Assembly: GCF_009914755.1 (NCBI RefSeq)
Contig: NC_060926.1
DNA: 64,000 nucleotides
Reading direction: 5' to 3' (one strand)
DNA from: the human T2T-CHM13v2.0 reference genome, Homo sapiens
Part shown: one piece after another, positions 58,721-64,000 of the stretch
Position numbering within the stretch: the first letter of the stretch is position 1
Layout: every line of letters begins with the position of its first letter
Notes under the pieces: generated by a model
Told to the model about the DNA's origin: nothing
The model's database searches: none
What the model saw: only the letters and a program-made list of their open reading frames with translations
Made by a program: the position numbers and the translations under genes

Positions 58721-60069
58721 CTACTTTATAATATTGAAAAACGCAGCTGTGACCAGTTTAGGAAATAATGCCCAGGAGGATCTCCTCTCTCAGAGAACTA
58801 AGGTATTAACGTATTCAAACGGAAGCCTTTATCTGTAGAATACTTGTTAATATCATGTGGTATACTAGAATTCTAGGGAACATGAGTTATGAAATACTGG
58901 ATAAGACCTTTTGTTATTACATTTTGTCACTGAGTAATTTCAGTGCCTGCTATTCCTACAATCATGTCTAAGGAGAACATTCACTGAGGGAGTAAACTAA
59001 GGTAGCTGTGCTTTCAATCGTGAATGACCTTACCTTACCTGGCCATAGGTGATTGGACTGGCATGGGTATCCAAATTAAAGTCACCAGTGATTGGTCGGC
59101 CACTGCCCAACCAGGTGGAAGCACAGAAAGTTGTCTCCACATGGGAATGAGCTTAACCAATCAGGTTCTGACAGGCCTTACAATTGGCTATATTTGGTTA
59201 AAGAAATACAGCTTTTGCTTTTAATTTTCTGTCTGGATGTACTCCAGATAGACAAGGTGGAGTACTGGTTACTGTAAGGATACACATGATGTGTATCATA
59301 AAACTCACAAAAAGAAATAGAGATTGGCAGTTAAGTATTGGAAGCAGAATTTGAAAAATCAAGAGAGAGATAGGAGGGGCCTGTGATAGATCAAGAATTA
59401 GCAAAAGGTATGAGAAAGTGGCACCTGTGAGGAAGAAGAAGAATACAGAGTCTAGAAGCAGAGATACCAGCTGGTGGCTGGAGGTAAATCACATATCTAA
59501 AGCTGATACCCAGGGAGTTGCTGGGTCCCAGTAAGAACCAGAGTTCTAGAATGAGGATCTGCCACTGCCTACTGCTCCTCTTGCTGCTTCCTAGGGAAGC
59601 TCTGGAACCAGACCCTTCTCAGTCCCAGTATCCTTGAGGCCCAGACCCACTTGTGTCACTGATTTTGTTCTTGGACTTCTGACCTGTTTTCCTTATCAAA
59701 TCCGTGCTTATTAATCAGGATCCTTCCTCAGCCATACACACCTACATTTGAGTATGTCAGAACCTTGCAACCAGAAGAGACTCATAAATGAGTTGAAATT
59801 CATTAGTGATATTACTTACCACTAATTCCTAATACTGTTTGAGAAAGTCACGCTGGCTTGAGTGGAGACCTGTATTTGCGATTCCTTTCTCCATTGATTG
59901 TGTTCTCTGCCCCTGTAACCCACCATTTATTTGTGTCTCTTCCCTTCCTCACCGTTGCTTCATCTTTAAAAAGTTTTTAAAATATTTCATTATTCATTTC
60001 TTCTGCATTTTGCATATATCTTTGAGTTTATAATATGAAATTAGATTGATCTTTTTCAAGATCGACTTC

Positions 60070-60298
60070 CTTTTTCTTTTATTTATTTGAAACGGAGTCT
60101 CGCTCTACCACTCAGGCTGGAGTGCAGTGGTGCGATCTCAGCTCGCTGCAACCTCCGCCTCCCAGGTTCAAGTGATTCTTTTACCTCAATGTCCAAGTAG
60201 CTGGGATTACAAGCGTGCGCCACCATGCCGGGCTAATTTTTGTATTTTTACAAATCCCAAAGTGTTGGGATTACAGGCGTGAGCCACTGCACCTGGCC
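60070..60298 (-). mobile_element. Alu with internal deletion of much of the left arm
   Basis: TGTATTTTTA joins TCCCAAAGTG across a short CAAA filler. TSD CAAGATC(G/T)ACTTCCTTTTT. Confidence 0.9.
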
Positions 60299-60399
60299 CC
60301 AAGATCTACTTCCTTTTTAAATAACATTTTAAAAATATTGAATCTAATATTTTGGAAAGTACAACAAAGAAAAAAAATGAAATTACAATAAATAGAAAC

Positions 60400-61794
<1,395 letters not shown>

Positions 61795-62000
61795 TGTTTA
61801 CTACTTTTTTAATGGAAGGTTTATGTTTTTACAATCCGATGAAATTCTTACCCATTCATCTTATGGGAACATTTGAGATTACTCAATTTTAGGCCCCAAA
61901 GTATAGTTTTTTAGTTTCAGAAAACTTGACTGTTAACTTTTTATGAGTTTTTCATCTACTTCCTCCCTCCTTCCACTGCATATATGTATTATATTCAACA

Positions 62001-62539
62001 TGTTACAGGAAAGGGGTCCCGATCCAGACCCCCAAGAGAAAGTTCTTGAGTCTTGCGCAAGAAAGAATTCAGGGTGAGTCCATAGAGTAAAGTGAAAGCA
62101 AGTTTATTAATAAGTTAAAGGAATAAAAGAATGGCTCTTCCATAGAGCGGCCCCGTGAGCTGCTGGTTGCCCATTTTTATGGTTATTTCTTAATGATATG
62201 CTAAACAAGGGGTGGATTATTCATGCCTCCCTTTTTAGACCATATGGGGTAACTTCCTGACATTGCCATGGCATTTGTGACCTGTCATGGCACTGGTGGG
62301 AGTGTAACAGTGAGGATGACCAGAGATCACTCTTGTGGCCTTCTTGGTTTTGGTGGGTTTTGGTTGGCTTCTGTCATGCAGCCTGTTTTCTCAGCAAGGT
62401 CATTATGACCTGTATTTTGTGCTGACCTCCTATCTCATCCTGTGACTTAGAATGCCTTAACCATTTAGGAATACAGCCCAGTAGGTCTCAGCCTCATTTT
62501 ACCCAACCCCTACTCAGTATGGTTCACATGCCTCTGGCA
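62001..62539 (-). mobile_element. MER41 (MER41A-like) ERV1 solo LTR
   Basis: TG...CA termini and 4-bp TSD AACA. TGTTACAGGAAAGGGGTCCCGATCCAGACCCC...GTAAAGTGAAAGCAAGTTTATTAA matches MER41 in reverse. 539 bp. Confidence 0.9.
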
Positions 62540-62718
62540 AACATATGTATACTTGAACATTTAGTATAATGATAATTGATTAAGCGTCATACAAGGGACT
62601 GGGGGGCATCTCCAAATATGTCTGAAATTTAAACAAAGGCCTTCCATTTGTATTTTCTGTTGGTAATAGGAAAAAAGGAGACACACAATGAGTTATATTT
62701 TTCTCATTTTCTACATAA

Positions 62719-63153
<435 letters not shown>

Positions 63154-63358
63154 TAAGACCACTTATTTGATAAACTCTTAAGAAGTTGAGAGCATAACAT
63201 TAAGTTGTAATTCTGGTAAAGTATTTGTGTAGGGAGCCAAAATAATACAAACCACATATATATCTTTGTGGTGAAGTAATTTGATTACAGTTAGAACATA
63301 GAAAATCAGTGTGGGTGGTGAGATATTTCCAAACTAGTTCTTTCAAAATAATAAAGAC

Positions 63359-63657
<299 letters not shown>

Positions 63658-64000
63658 GTAATCGAGATTTTTGACCCAATTTTATTTTATGTCTATTTGT
63701 GGTTTCTATTTAGTGCTTGGGAAATAGTTGTGGAATGGTTCATCCATACTAGATCTAAGTATTGCCCCTGGAAAGTTTTATATTTTATTGTGAAAATTAG
63801 AAAATCTGTATAACAAGATGTAGAATTATCCCATTTAAGTGGATTTCCAGGATTGACCTGCAAGCAATAACAAAGGATTTTTACCCACTATGCTTCAAAC
63901 AATTATGATGCAAACTGTTTAATAGTAAGTCTTAATTCATTTCAGATTTCAGAGAATGTCTTAAGAATTTTGGGGATATTAATGTAGCACTACATCCTTA

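Noticed and set aside
63924-64000. TTCATTTCAG near the window end as the start of exon 2
   Set aside because: Poor pyrimidine tract, and the following sequence does not resemble the recalled SOCS5 coding start (MDKVGKMW).

Overview
Human (primate) genomic DNA with no protein-coding exon, RNA gene or CRISPR-like array that I can support. Bases 1-17.2 kb are repeat-rich and apparently intergenic (Alu, MIR, L2, MLT1, MER44). A CpG-island promoter at about 17.3-18.4 kb drives a + strand gene with two alternative non-coding first exons, with splice donors after 17659 and 17997. The remaining ~46 kb is one long first intron. From memory of the mRNA 5' ends I recognise the gene as SOCS5, whose single coding exon would lie beyond the window; this is recall, not a database result. 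The intron carries mostly antisense Alus, two large antisense old L1 blocks, several DNA-transposon fossils and a MER41A-type solo LTR. Main observations: (1) each first exon has an upstream ATG that reaches its donor in phase 0 on an ACG codon, predicting two uORFs that share one ending; (2) an AluYa5 with all five diagnostic bases and no visible target-site duplication; (3) a diverged ~143-bp duplicate of apparently non-repeat sequence (41136-41278 and 49534-49675); (4) an inverted ~180-bp L1 duplication and a 128-bp tandem duplication; (5) several perfect palindromes and close inverted Alu pairs. I found no convincing novel multi-gene system. Repeat subfamily names and most repeat boundaries are by eye and approximate.
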